NCBI GenBank assembly: GCA_963677745.1
Contig: OY782391.1
Span: 476,482 to 540,481, forward strand
Origin: Candidatus Altimarinota bacterium
GTDB lineage: Bacteria > Patescibacteriota > Gracilibacteria > UBA1369
Direction of reading: 5' to 3'
DNA: 64,000 nt
Each line of letters begins with the position of its first letter. Within the stretch, counting starts at the first letter, position 1. Shown here piece after piece: positions 19,624-29,145 of the stretch. Under the pieces are notes generated by a model. It worked only from the letters and a program-made list of their open reading frames with translations, did no database searches and was not told the origin of the DNA. A program made the translations under genes and the position numbers.

Positions 19624-20871
19624 ATGAAAGAAGATCTTAAAAATTTCCTGGAAGAACAAAAGTGGTTCCTCTACAAAAATTACCGGGATTATTTACCCGA
19701 GCTCGAGAATCAGGTCAGCTCCGGTCTGGGCAAACACAATATCAATCAAATCCATTTTCCCCATCAATGGTCGGCCGGCCGCAAACCGGTTCCGCAAAAT
19801 TTTCTGGTAATGGATCTGGGCGGCATGTATCTGCGGCTCTACCTCTGCCAAATCAATGCGAAAGGCAAACTGACCGTTTCAGATCAATATAAAAAACCCT
19901 TTTACGAAGATAAGATCTATACGCCCGAAATATTCTTTGCCGATTTAAAAAGACATCTGGACCTGTTTTCACATGACCTGACTTCCCTTCCCCGGACACT
20001 GATTTTTTCATTTGGTAACGCCCTCCATCCCCATTTCCGCAAAAACGGGGTACTGGATGGCAAAATCCTCTATTGGGGGAAAAATCATCAACAAAGGGGA
20101 ATGATTGAACTGGAGTTGGGACAGGAACTGGAAAAATTTCTTGGACAACGGGGCTATCCGGGACAGACCGTTTATGTCATTAACGACAGTTCCCTGGCTC
20201 TGCTCTCCACCGCTTTCGCCGCAAAACCTTTGCCAATCATCAACCTGGTTGCCGGAAGCGGCACCAATATCAGCGTCGGTTATGACACCGTACATGGTTT
20301 TAAGCTGTTCAATCTGGAATTTGGTAACTTCGATTTCTTTCCATACTGCAGCCTCGACGACCGGCTAAATCACAAAAGCCGCATACCCAACAAATTCAGA
20401 ACCGAAAAACTCTTTGCCGGAGCCTGGCAACACCATCTCTTTCGCATAGTTCTGGAAAAAGCCGTCATCAACGGGGTTATTCCCGACCAAAAAGCTTTCG
20501 CCCAATTCGAGACCATGTCCGCCGGTCAACTGGAAGAATTTTTCCACCAGAAGAAAACCATCAGCCATTTCCCGGAGTTACGGGACCTCTGGACGGCAAT
20601 TACTGAAAGAGGGGCTTTTGTTTGCGCACAGGCCGTCTACAGCATCATCGTCAATCTTAAAAACAATCATCTGGCCAAAGAAAAGGTGATTGTCTCGGAA
20701 ATCGGAGCAATGCTTGAACATAGTGTATTTTTCCGCAAAACTTTCGAAAAAGAGCTCAAAAATCTGGTTTGCCAAACAGCCAATCTGGAAGGAGTCAGGA
20801 TAAAGACCACCCTGATTGACAAAACCATCTGTCCGGGTGCCCAAAAACTGCTTGAACTTTGCGGGAAATAA
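19624..20871 (+). CDS. Hexokinase-family sugar kinase (ASKHA fold)
   Basis: 415 aa. The motifs occur in the same order as in hexokinases: FLVMDLGGMYLRL (compare LDLGGTNFRV), IFSFGN, VINDSSLALLS (NDTVGTL), VAGSGTNISV (GTGTNACY), NLEFGNF (NTEWGAF), and D.....IPNKFRTEKLFAGAW (NPG.Q.FEKMISGMY). Confidence 0.55.
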   Translation: MKEDLKNFLEEQKWFLYKNYRDYLPELENQVSSGLGKHNINQIHFPHQWSAGRKPVPQNFLVMDLGGMYLRLYLCQINAKGKLTVSDQYKKPFYEDKIYTPEIFFADLKRHLDLFSHDLTSLPRTLIFSFGNALHPHFRKNGVLDGKILYWGKNHQQRGMIELELGQELEKFLGQRGYPGQTVYVINDSSLALLSTAFAAKPLPIINLVAGSGTNISVGYDTVHGFKLFNLEFGNFDFFPYCSLDDRLNHKSRIPNKFRTEKLFAGAWQHHLFRIVLEKAVINGVIPDQKAFAQFETMSAGQLEEFFHQKKTISHFPELRDLWTAITERGAFVCAQAVYSIIVNLKNNHLAKEKVIVSEIGAMLEHSVFFRKTFEKELKNLVCQTANLEGVRIKTTLIDKTICPGAQKLLELCGK

Positions 20872-20928
20872 ATAAGACTGTCTTCACTTCCAGAACGCCC
20901 TGCCAACATGGTAAAACGGGGGTTTTTG

Positions 20929-20937
20929 TGTTATAAT
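20929..20937 (+). promoter_or_regulatory. Candidate extended -10 promoter element
   Basis: TGtTATAAT at 20929-20937, about 43 nt upstream of the ATG at 20980. Confidence 0.35.
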
Positions 20938-20979
20938 ATGGCGATCTAAACATATCTGGAGCAGATCTCCAAAAATCAC

Positions 20980-22290
20980 ATGGGTTTCGAAGGCAGACCA
21001 ACCGGGTTTATCAGCGAAAACAAAGGCTCAGCGCCCAAAGACACAACTGCGCCCGAAGGTCGGGAAAAAAAGGAGACCGGTTCTGCTCTGGAAGAACTGA
21101 TTAAACAAGCCAACACACTGGGAAGAGAAGGCCGTGACGCGGCACTAAAAACACTCAGTGAGCAGCTGGCCGGCTGCAAAGACCAGCTTGATCCGGCCAT
21201 CCGGGAAAAAATTTTTAACCCCGACGGAAGCCCCAATCTTTCACGAGCCTGCGGGCAACTGGGTTACGGCCCAAGGTTCAACAATCATCTGACCACGGAC
21301 GGCAGGGTAAAACCAATCGAAGAAGTCCCCAAAGAAAAAGACGAGGAAGAAACTTCCGGTCAAAAAGACCTTCCCGACCGTCCCCGCAACGCACCGACCG
21401 GTACACAGCTGTTTGAATCCTGGGGCTTAAACAGGGATGTTAACAGCTTCCCCGACGAACTGGCGGACAAGATCATTGCCGAGATCGAAAAAGGTAATGT
21501 GCCCGATTCTGTACGCAACATGAGTACCATTTCCATGCGTGGAACAAATGGAGTGAAAATATCCTTCCGGACCTCCAACGGTTACCTGGCCGTGGGCTCC
21601 AATGAAGATAATATTCGAGTTCCCCTTTCCGGCCCCATGGCCAAAAGGATTGCCGATCATTTCGGATGGGCACTTCCCACCGCCGATATGGCCATGGAAA
21701 CAGACAGAAAAGCTAACCTTCAACTGGTGGTCGGTGGAGAACAGGACATCAGTCGTATGGCGGACCTGGAATGGTCGGTTAGACATAATAAAAAAGCCAA
21801 ACAGAAACTGGATAAATATCTCTCGGACTATAACGAAAAAGCCAGACAAGAAAACCGTCCCACCATCACCGCGGCCGATCTGTCCAAAATGCTGATCAGA
21901 GGAGAGAAAAAGAACATCTTTATCGGCCGCGGAGCCACTAAAAACAACGGAGGCGTGGGAATAGGCGGACTTCTGGACGGCAGGGGTAATCCCATTCAGC
22001 CATATCAATACCCTCATGCCGGGGAGATTGACATAAACAAAAGGTCTGGAGGGCATTGTGATTATTCTCAGGATATTGCCCGCATTGACCAGACGATTGA
22101 AATTGCCGAAACCGACGGCACCGTTAAAAGAATGCGTCTCTATGATGCCCTCAGAAACCCCCGTTATGCAGCCGTTTTGAATGCTTCGGATTATGACGCC
22201 AACAACAATCACACCTTTGACGCCGACCTTGCCTATACCAGCCCCGAGGAAAAAGCGAGAATCCTGGAGCAAAGAAAACGCCGGAACTGA
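20980..22290 (+). CDS. Hypothetical protein (orphan, no signal peptide seen)
   Basis: 436-aa ORF with native composition, a charged and disordered-looking N-terminal 140 aa, and a globular-looking remainder. I recognise no family. Confidence 0.5.
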   Translation: MGFEGRPTGFISENKGSAPKDTTAPEGREKKETGSALEELIKQANTLGREGRDAALKTLSEQLAGCKDQLDPAIREKIFNPDGSPNLSRACGQLGYGPRFNNHLTTDGRVKPIEEVPKEKDEEETSGQKDLPDRPRNAPTGTQLFESWGLNRDVNSFPDELADKIIAEIEKGNVPDSVRNMSTISMRGTNGVKISFRTSNGYLAVGSNEDNIRVPLSGPMAKRIADHFGWALPTADMAMETDRKANLQLVVGGEQDISRMADLEWSVRHNKKAKQKLDKYLSDYNEKARQENRPTITAADLSKMLIRGEKKNIFIGRGATKNNGGVGIGGLLDGRGNPIQPYQYPHAGEIDINKRSGGHCDYSQDIARIDQTIEIAETDGTVKRMRLYDALRNPRYAAVLNASDYDANNNHTFDADLAYTSPEEKARILEQRKRRN

Positions 22291-22389
22291 TTTTTTAAGA
22301 CAATCCAAAATCGTCCTTCCCAAGGTTAATTTGCCCCTTTGGACTATTTGATCTAAAATCTTAGCCAGTCCATTTATTAACTTTTCATT

Positions 22390-24741
22390 ATGAAAATCAC
22401 CGCTAAATTGCTGGTTGTGATTCTGTTCGGGCAACTCCTCTTCGGATTGACCGCCCAGGCTGCCACTGCACCGGCTCTTTCCGCCCCACCCAACACTTTC
22501 ATTTATCTTGAGCTGAACACAGCCAAGAAAAATCCTCTACAGGGTAAACTGGCTACCATGATCAGGGAAAATGCTGCAGATACGGACAATCAGACCGTCC
22601 TGAACACTATTGCCGACAACATTGAAAACACTAACATCGGCTTCAGCCAGTCCTTCCACCAGACCGACGGTAGTGAAATTTATTTTCTCTCGGTAGCCCT
22701 GCCGGCAGAAGACTTTGACGCAATTATTAACGGAATGACAGATGAACTGCAGAAAAAAAATCTGGGGGGAAACAGAATGCTTTACCTGACCAGTGAAGAC
22801 TTCTTTTTTGCCTATAAAAACGGAAATTTAATTGCTTCCAACAAGGAAGGCATTCTGTCCGACCTGCTGATCCAGGAAAACATCAGTTCACTTCAACAAA
22901 ATCCGGATTGGCAATTTTTGCAGGGCAAAAGCAGCCCGGAAAGTTTTTTCAAAATGTTCATCAACTTTGAACAACTTCCGACAGACCTGACCACAGAACA
23001 GAACCCGGTTCTCGGTGAAATAAACCTCCAGGATATGGTTAAATCCGAAGGATTCAGCTTATTGCAAACCACCAACGGTTTGAATGGAATCGTGACTGTT
23101 AATCCCGGCTTCAAAACCAGCCTCAATCCCGCCAATTTGGCCTTCTCTCCCGAACTGTTCAAAAAAATCGATGCCTCCAACCTGCTTTTCTTTAGTGAAT
23201 CCAATAACCTGGCAACCAATCTGCAGGAAAGCATCAATACCCTCTCTCAACTGTCAACTGACTCCTCCCTGCCTTCACCGGCCGAAATTTACGACGAACT
23301 GTCCACGGCTATCGTGGAAATGACCGGACTGGATCCCGATACCGAAATTGCCCCGCTCTTCCGGAATAGAGCTGCTTTTGCCCTTCATTCGCAGGTCGGA
23401 CAACAATATTTTCCCGGAATCACGCTCATCTCAGAGGTCAAAGGACAGGAAACTCTGGCCAAATCAACTTTGGACAAATTACGAAACAAAATTCTGGCTT
23501 CAATCGAAGGAAATTTCAAGGCCACCTATGAGATGGAAGAATCCTATCAGCAAAGTCTGCTCGATTATGACTCCACCTACCAACCCACTCCGCTCCCGCC
23601 ACTGGCCGAACTGGAAAAACAGTTTTTTACCAGTACTTCCGTTACAGTAAACGGCACAACCTATGATCAAATCAGCTTCGATCCGGACGCTTCCAGCTAT
23701 TTCTATGCCAACGGAGAATACAAAAGCGACCCCAAAATGGTCACCACCATCTCCACAGCTGTTACCGGCGACGGTTTAATGATAATCAGCACGCAGAAAG
23801 ACCTCACTAAAACAATTTCAGCAAACAACAGCCTGTCAGCCGATCCGGAATGGCAGAAAAGTTATACCGGCGGACAGATGCTTGATCTCAGTTTCGTTAA
23901 CCTCATAAATATCAGCTCCTATATTAAATCTCTGGCCCTGGAAAGCGGCGCAACGGAGGAAGACATCAAGCCGGTTATGGATTTCATGGCACCACTGAAA
24001 AGTCTCTACGCCAGCAGCACCTATGAAAACGGTTATTATATAGGCAATCTCAAATTCAATTTTGACCTTAGTCAAATGTCCCAACTGATTTCGTCAGTCG
24101 AAAGTCTGGTCACATCGATGACCGACAGTTACAGCCGCGACTTTGGTTATGAGCCGATTGATTCCCTGGAACAGGGACTGGTGAAATCCTTTGGATTCAG
24201 CGACGTGGACGAAGGCGCCTGGTACGCCCACTATGTCAACACTCTTGCCTACATCGACATAATGAAAGGCTACGGAACCGAATTCCATCCGAATCAAAAC
24301 ATTACCCGGGCCGAGTTCGTAAAAACTCTGATGTCCGCCTATGATTACGCCGGATTCTATACAATCGACCAGCAACCGGCATCCAAATTCAAGGATGTCC
24401 CCGCAGACGCCTGGTTCGCACCTTATGTCAATCGCGCCACTGTTCTCTCCGTAATCAAAGGTTATTCTGACAACACTTTCCGGCCCAACCAGCCAATCAA
24501 CAGGGCTGAAGCCATGACCATGCTGATCAACTTGAGAAGAGCTTCCAACAGCCCGGATCCCGGCCTCAAAGAATTGCCGTTCACAGATGTCCCGCCAACC
24601 GACTGGTTTTATGGGGCGGTTCAAAAAGCGTTCAGCCTCAAATACGTCACCGGTAAGACCGCCACCGTCTTTGCCCCCTCCGATTACTTAACCAGGGCAG
24701 AGACAGCCGCCATCATTACCCGGTATCTTGATAATTACTAG
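22390..24741 (+). CDS. Secreted cell-surface protein with three C-terminal SLH domains
   Basis: 783 aa. Signal peptide MKITAKLLVVILFGQLLFGLTAQA. There are three consecutive SLH-like units from about 24196: FSDVDEGAWYAHYV..GYG..F.PNQNITRAEF, FKDVPADAWFAPYV..GYSDNTFRPNQPINRAEA, and FTDVPPTDWFYGAV..G...TVFAPSDYLTRAET. Confidence 0.8.
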   Translation: MKITAKLLVVILFGQLLFGLTAQAATAPALSAPPNTFIYLELNTAKKNPLQGKLATMIRENAADTDNQTVLNTIADNIENTNIGFSQSFHQTDGSEIYFLSVALPAEDFDAIINGMTDELQKKNLGGNRMLYLTSEDFFFAYKNGNLIASNKEGILSDLLIQENISSLQQNPDWQFLQGKSSPESFFKMFINFEQLPTDLTTEQNPVLGEINLQDMVKSEGFSLLQTTNGLNGIVTVNPGFKTSLNPANLAFSPELFKKIDASNLLFFSESNNLATNLQESINTLSQLSTDSSLPSPAEIYDELSTAIVEMTGLDPDTEIAPLFRNRAAFALHSQVGQQYFPGITLISEVKGQETLAKSTLDKLRNKILASIEGNFKATYEMEESYQQSLLDYDSTYQPTPLPPLAELEKQFFTSTSVTVNGTTYDQISFDPDASSYFYANGEYKSDPKMVTTISTAVTGDGLMIISTQKDLTKTISANNSLSADPEWQKSYTGGQMLDLSFVNLINISSYIKSLALESGATEEDIKPVMDFMAPLKSLYASSTYENGYYIGNLKFNFDLSQMSQLISSVESLVTSMTDSYSRDFGYEPIDSLEQGLVKSFGFSDVDEGAWYAHYVNTLAYIDIMKGYGTEFHPNQNITRAEFVKTLMSAYDYAGFYTIDQQPASKFKDVPADAWFAPYVNRATVLSVIKGYSDNTFRPNQPINRAEAMTMLINLRRASNSPDPGLKELPFTDVPPTDWFYGAVQKAFSLKYVTGKTATVFAPSDYLTRAETAAIITRYLDNY

Positions 24742-24776
24742 AATTAATTAAACGAACACTCTACGGGACAAGTCAT

Positions 24777-24805
24777 AGAGCTGGCTCAAATGAGCCAGCT
24801 CTTTT
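24777..24805 (+). terminator. Rho-independent terminator after the SLH gene
   Basis: AGAGCTGGCTC / GAGCCAGCTCT forms a stem of about 11 bp (24777-24802), followed by TTT. Confidence 0.65.
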
Positions 24806-24949
24806 AAATTTTATTATTTTTTATTAAACACTCAACCCCCTTTCATAATACTCCCCGGTTTGCCTCCGAATTAAACCGCCGCCGGCCTTTTCCATTAGGT
24901 TTTAACTTCGTACTATGTTAGAAAATAATCAAGCAAAAGGAGAAAAACA

Positions 24950-27637
24950 ATGAATCAGACCTATATTGCCCTGGATCTGGAAACCACAGGCTTTGACCCC
25001 AGTGCCGATCAGGTTTTGGAAGTCGCAGCTATAAAGTTCCGGGGAGATAAAATTTTGGAAACTTTCGAGACACTGGTTAACCCCGGCATCGAAATACCGG
25101 CTATGGTTAGCCATATTACTGGGATCAGCACCGAAACAGTCAAAGCTGCTCCCTCTTTTTCCGATATCAGCGACAACCTGGGCCGGTTCCTGGGGAATTT
25201 TCCGATAGTAGGCCACAATATTGACTTTGATTTAACCTTTCTGGAAGCCAAAGGCGTCCCGGTTCTGAATTCCCAAATCGACACCCTCAAACTTTCCGGA
25301 ATCCTGCTCTCAGAACTCCCCTCTCTCAGCCTGGAAACAATCAGCCGGCAATTGAAAATCAAACATGAAAACAAGCACCGGGCTCTTTCCGATGCCAAAG
25401 TCTGCGTGGAGTTATTCCAGATTCTCCTGCAGAAAATCGCACAAATCCCCGTCCCCATCCTCAAACAGATACAAGCCTTGATTCCCCGCAGTGAATGGGA
25501 ACTGGCCGATCTTTTTTTAAACACAGTCCCCCAGCCCGCCCGCCCCTCCCAAACACGCCCGGCGAAATCACCACCCCAAAAAACAACCAGCCTGCCCCTC
25601 CCGGCAGCGGCACCGGAAGACTTCATCAATATTCTGGGTGAGCAAAGCTCCCTGTCAACATTCATTGATAAATACGAGTTCCGTCATGGCCAGCAGATAC
25701 TTTTAAAAAAAATCCTTCAGGCCTTTGGTGAAAACTTTAACCTGATCGCCGAGGCCGGAACGGGAACCGGTAAAACCATGGCTTATCTGCTGGCCGCCGG
25801 CCACGCCTGTCATTTCCAGAGGAAAAAAGTAATCATCTCCACCTATACCAATAATTTACAGGACCAGGTGTTGGTCAAAGACTTCCCGCTGGTACAAAAA
25901 CTGTTTCCTGAATTGAAAATCGCGGTGTTAAAAGGCCGTAAAAAATATCTGGATCAGAACCGCTTTCGTCAACTTCTGGAAAAACCTCATCTGGAAGAGC
26001 ATGAATTGACATCGATTATAAAAATACTGATCTGGTTGAACCATACCGAAACCGGTGATCTGGATGAATTGAACCTCCAGAACAAAGAAACCCAGCTCTA
26101 TGAGGAAATATGCGCCGATCCGTCCTACATGACTGCGCCGGAAGAATACTCGGCCTCCCACCTTCCCTCTCCGCGTATTGATTTCCTGGAAAATGCCCGC
26201 CGTAAAGCCGAATCGGCAGATATTATCGTGGTCAACCACGCCCTGCTGATCCAAGACCATTTGACGGACAACAAAATTCTTCCCGAAGCTCAAATTTTGA
26301 TCGCGGATGAGGCCCATCATCTCGAAAAGACGCTGACCGACGGTTTAACGATGTTTTTCAGTTATAGCAGGCTGGAAAGACAATGGGACCACCTGATCGA
26401 AAGCCTGGAAAGCCTTAAGAAAACACAGCCGTCCCTGGATCAGGAAACCCTGACAGCATCAACACAGATCAGAAAACTGTCTTCCGGATCTTTACAACTG
26501 GCGGAAAAACTTTTTGAAAAAAACCGGCTGCTGATCGAAAAATTTGCCAAAACCATGTATGGCCAGCCCTCTCAACTTGGCATTACGCAACAAATCGCCG
26601 ACAGTCCGGAATGGGCTGAATGTCTGGAACTGATTAATCAAATGACATTGAGCATAACGGATCTGAAAGAGCTGTCCGACCAGCTGCACCGGACTCTGTT
26701 AAAATGGGAAATCACCGACCATCCCCTGCAGGGCAACCTGCATGATCTGCAAAATTTTTTCCAGAACCTCAAAACACTGTACGATTCACCCAAAAATAAA
26801 ATCATCTGGGTCAACAAAGGATTTGATGAAAGCATCCATCTTTGCGTGGCTCCCCTTTCCGTTAAGGAAATTTTTGGCGAAAAGATTTTTACCGGCTATC
26901 AGTCGGTAATCCTTACTTCCGCCACACTCTCTACTTACGGCCATTTCTCTTATATCCGTTCCGAACTGGGACTGGATGAGAGCTTTGAAGAAATAAAAGT
27001 GCCGAGCCATTTCAGTTATCCGGATCAGGTAAAAATCATCATCCCCGAAAATCTCTCCGACCCCAAGACACCTGATTATCTCCCTCAGTGCACCAAGGTG
27101 ATCGGCTCAATTATCAATAAAAACGGCGGACGGACACTGGTACTCTTTACCGCCAAAAAAGATCTGGCCAGAGTATTTCATGAACTGGCTCCCTCGCTCA
27201 AAACCGAAGGCATTAACCTGCTGGCCCAGAACATCTCCGGCGGGCGCGGCAAGATAATTTCCCATTTTCAGGATGAACCGGCCAATTGTGCGATACTGGG
27301 AACCAACAGTTTCTGGGAAGGAGTCGATTTGATCGGACCGGTCCTGACCTGCGTAGTAATACAGAAACTGCCCTTTGATCCGCCTGATGATCCGATTGTC
27401 CGCGCCCGCTCCAGCCTGCTGGAAAAACCCTTCGAGCAATACTCCCTGCCCCGGGCAATTTTGCGTTTCAAACAGGGCTTTGGACGCCTGATCCGGTCGG
27501 CCCGCGACACCGGTGCCGTCGTCATTCTGGATTCCCGCCTGGTCCAAAAAAGTTATGGTCGTGAATTTATCTCCTCTCTGCCGGAAGGCATCAAAATTCA
27601 CCAATGTGATCAAAAAGAGGTGGCAGACTTCCTGTAA
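24950..27637 (+). CDS. dinG: DnaQ-like 3'-5' exonuclease fused to a DinG-family helicase
   Basis: 895 aa. Exonuclease motifs are IALDLETTG (ExoI), GHNIDFDLTFL (ExoII) and HRALSDA (ExoIII). A Pro-rich linker follows. The helicase part has AEAGTGTGKT (Walker A) and ADEAHHL (DEAH), plus C-terminal motifs (LFTA.., FWEGVD, FKQG.GRLIR). Confidence 0.85.
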   Translation: MNQTYIALDLETTGFDPSADQVLEVAAIKFRGDKILETFETLVNPGIEIPAMVSHITGISTETVKAAPSFSDISDNLGRFLGNFPIVGHNIDFDLTFLEAKGVPVLNSQIDTLKLSGILLSELPSLSLETISRQLKIKHENKHRALSDAKVCVELFQILLQKIAQIPVPILKQIQALIPRSEWELADLFLNTVPQPARPSQTRPAKSPPQKTTSLPLPAAAPEDFINILGEQSSLSTFIDKYEFRHGQQILLKKILQAFGENFNLIAEAGTGTGKTMAYLLAAGHACHFQRKKVIISTYTNNLQDQVLVKDFPLVQKLFPELKIAVLKGRKKYLDQNRFRQLLEKPHLEEHELTSIIKILIWLNHTETGDLDELNLQNKETQLYEEICADPSYMTAPEEYSASHLPSPRIDFLENARRKAESADIIVVNHALLIQDHLTDNKILPEAQILIADEAHHLEKTLTDGLTMFFSYSRLERQWDHLIESLESLKKTQPSLDQETLTASTQIRKLSSGSLQLAEKLFEKNRLLIEKFAKTMYGQPSQLGITQQIADSPEWAECLELINQMTLSITDLKELSDQLHRTLLKWEITDHPLQGNLHDLQNFFQNLKTLYDSPKNKIIWVNKGFDESIHLCVAPLSVKEIFGEKIFTGYQSVILTSATLSTYGHFSYIRSELGLDESFEEIKVPSHFSYPDQVKIIIPENLSDPKTPDYLPQCTKVIGSIINKNGGRTLVLFTAKKDLARVFHELAPSLKTEGINLLAQNISGGRGKIISHFQDEPANCAILGTNSFWEGVDLIGPVLTCVVIQKLPFDPPDDPIVRARSSLLEKPFEQYSLPRAILRFKQGFGRLIRSARDTGAVVILDSRLVQKSYGREFISSLPEGIKIHQCDQKEVADFL

Positions 27638-27681
27638 ATCCGCCGGGAAACCGCCGGAATCTTCCAAAAACGCCAAAAAAA

Positions 27682-27690
27682 TGCTACAAT
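27682..27690 (+). promoter_or_regulatory. Candidate extended -10 promoter element
   Basis: TGcTACAAT at 27682-27690. This places the likely transcription start near 27697 and favours the ATG at 27715 over the one at 27691. Confidence 0.35.
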
Positions 27691-27714
27691 ATGAGGATAA
27701 TTAGCATTTTGACC

Positions 27715-29016
27715 ATGACTAAAAAAATCTTATTGATCCTGCTCGGCATCCTGATACTGGGCGGTCTGGTAACAATCGTTGTTATAGGCGGTCCTGGGAA
27801 ATTTCTCCAGGGAGCTCTTTATAACATCAGACCAATCTACCGGGAATGTAAAATCGAAGGTAAAAATTTCAATAGCAGTGCCACCGCCGATTGCGAGGAT
27901 TTCAACAAAAAACTTCAGGACCGCTATTTCCCCAACGGCGAATACACCATCTACGCCAAATATACCGACCGCCGTCTTCCTGACAACATTATTCCGGTTA
28001 CCGTTACCGAAAACCAGCTGGAATGTAATTTCCTGGGAAATGGATACGAACCGCGAATCAGTGTCTCCGACGCCAAGAACCCTTTGGCGTCCGAAACCAT
28101 CAAAAACCGGGAAGAAGTACCGGTTGGCAGCAACGGAGTGATTGTCCAAATCAATTACCGGAAAAACGATCAGCCCTATTTCTACGACACCAATATCTGT
28201 GAATCGGCCTTCCAGGCCACAGTGATGGATGCCGACAAAAAAGAGCTGGGCACAGCCAAAATGGATTATAACGGTTTCATCAACAGCCGCGAACTGGTCA
28301 ATGAAATTCTGATCACCGATAAACCGTATTATTCGGATAAGACGGGCCAGACAATCAAGGATTTTCAGGCGGGCAATATCTTTGCCAGTCTCAACCTGGC
28401 TCCGGATTTCCTGTTTAAATTCACACTCCCCTGCTCGGGACAAAAAATTTCGGTTCAAATCCCCAACCTGCAAACCGACAAAGATATTTTGATCCCCATT
28501 AAAGGACTGAGCGCCGGATATCTTAAAAACTGTGGATCCCGGCTTTACCTTGGTTTGCAAAACACCAATCGTTACGACGATATCCAGACAATTGAAAATC
28601 TGAATCTGGTTGACCAGGGGCAATTCACCACCTACCTTTTGAAATTGAATCAGATTGGCAGACTGAGTGACGTCAACACCACCTTCCCGATCAGTTTCAA
28701 GATTAATCTTCATCTGCGGGACAGAAGCGACTCCAAGGAAGTGATTACTTTGGGAGGCGGTGTGATCACCATTACCGGCTACAACCCGGCAACCGCGTCA
28801 GCAATTACTGACAACGGTGTAAACTCCGGACTAATTACCGACCAAAATGCCACCGCTGAAATCACTGCTACCACCGGTATACCCGGGCTAACCAACCTGC
28901 CTGTCACCATTACCGACATGGTAGCAACTGCCGATCAGACCATCGGTTCGACAAATCCCGGCCCAACCATCGACAACCCGGCTGGAAAAGTACGCAGAAC
29001 CCCTCTGGTTCCCTGA
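27715..29016 (+). CDS. Hypothetical membrane-anchored extracytoplasmic protein
   Basis: The N-terminal TM/signal anchor is MTKKILLILLGILILGGLVTIVVIGG. The rest is hydrophilic with a Thr/Asn/Gly-rich C-terminal tail. I recognise no family. The track ORF starts at 27691. Confidence 0.55.
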   Translation: MTKKILLILLGILILGGLVTIVVIGGPGKFLQGALYNIRPIYRECKIEGKNFNSSATADCEDFNKKLQDRYFPNGEYTIYAKYTDRRLPDNIIPVTVTENQLECNFLGNGYEPRISVSDAKNPLASETIKNREEVPVGSNGVIVQINYRKNDQPYFYDTNICESAFQATVMDADKKELGTAKMDYNGFINSRELVNEILITDKPYYSDKTGQTIKDFQAGNIFASLNLAPDFLFKFTLPCSGQKISVQIPNLQTDKDILIPIKGLSAGYLKNCGSRLYLGLQNTNRYDDIQTIENLNLVDQGQFTTYLLKLNQIGRLSDVNTTFPISFKINLHLRDRSDSKEVITLGGGVITITGYNPATASAITDNGVNSGLITDQNATAEITATTGIPGLTNLPVTITDMVATADQTIGSTNPGPTIDNPAGKVRRTPLVP

Positions 29017-29069
29017 AATCGGGGAATTCATAACGTCAACAGCATTTCCCATCGCTATTCCGCTTCAAT

Positions 29070-29098
29070 TTGCATTGAAAGTCCAAGTACACTAAAAT
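29070..29098 (+). promoter_or_regulatory. Candidate sigma70-type promoter upstream of lemA
   Basis: TTGCAT (29070-29075), a 17-nt spacer, then TAAAAT (29093-29098), about 48 nt upstream of the ATG at 29146. Confidence 0.4.
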
Positions 29099-29145
29099 TG
29101 GCATAGTTGATTTTAACAGGGAAAATATATTTTAAATTTGCTAAC

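Noticed and set aside
27730-28713. A 327-aa ORF antisense to the membrane-anchored orphan gene.
   Set aside because: Its composition (rich in F/V/G/I/D) is typical of antisense translations elsewhere in this window. It has no start context. The plus-strand ORF has a clean N-terminal TM anchor and a promoter-like element.
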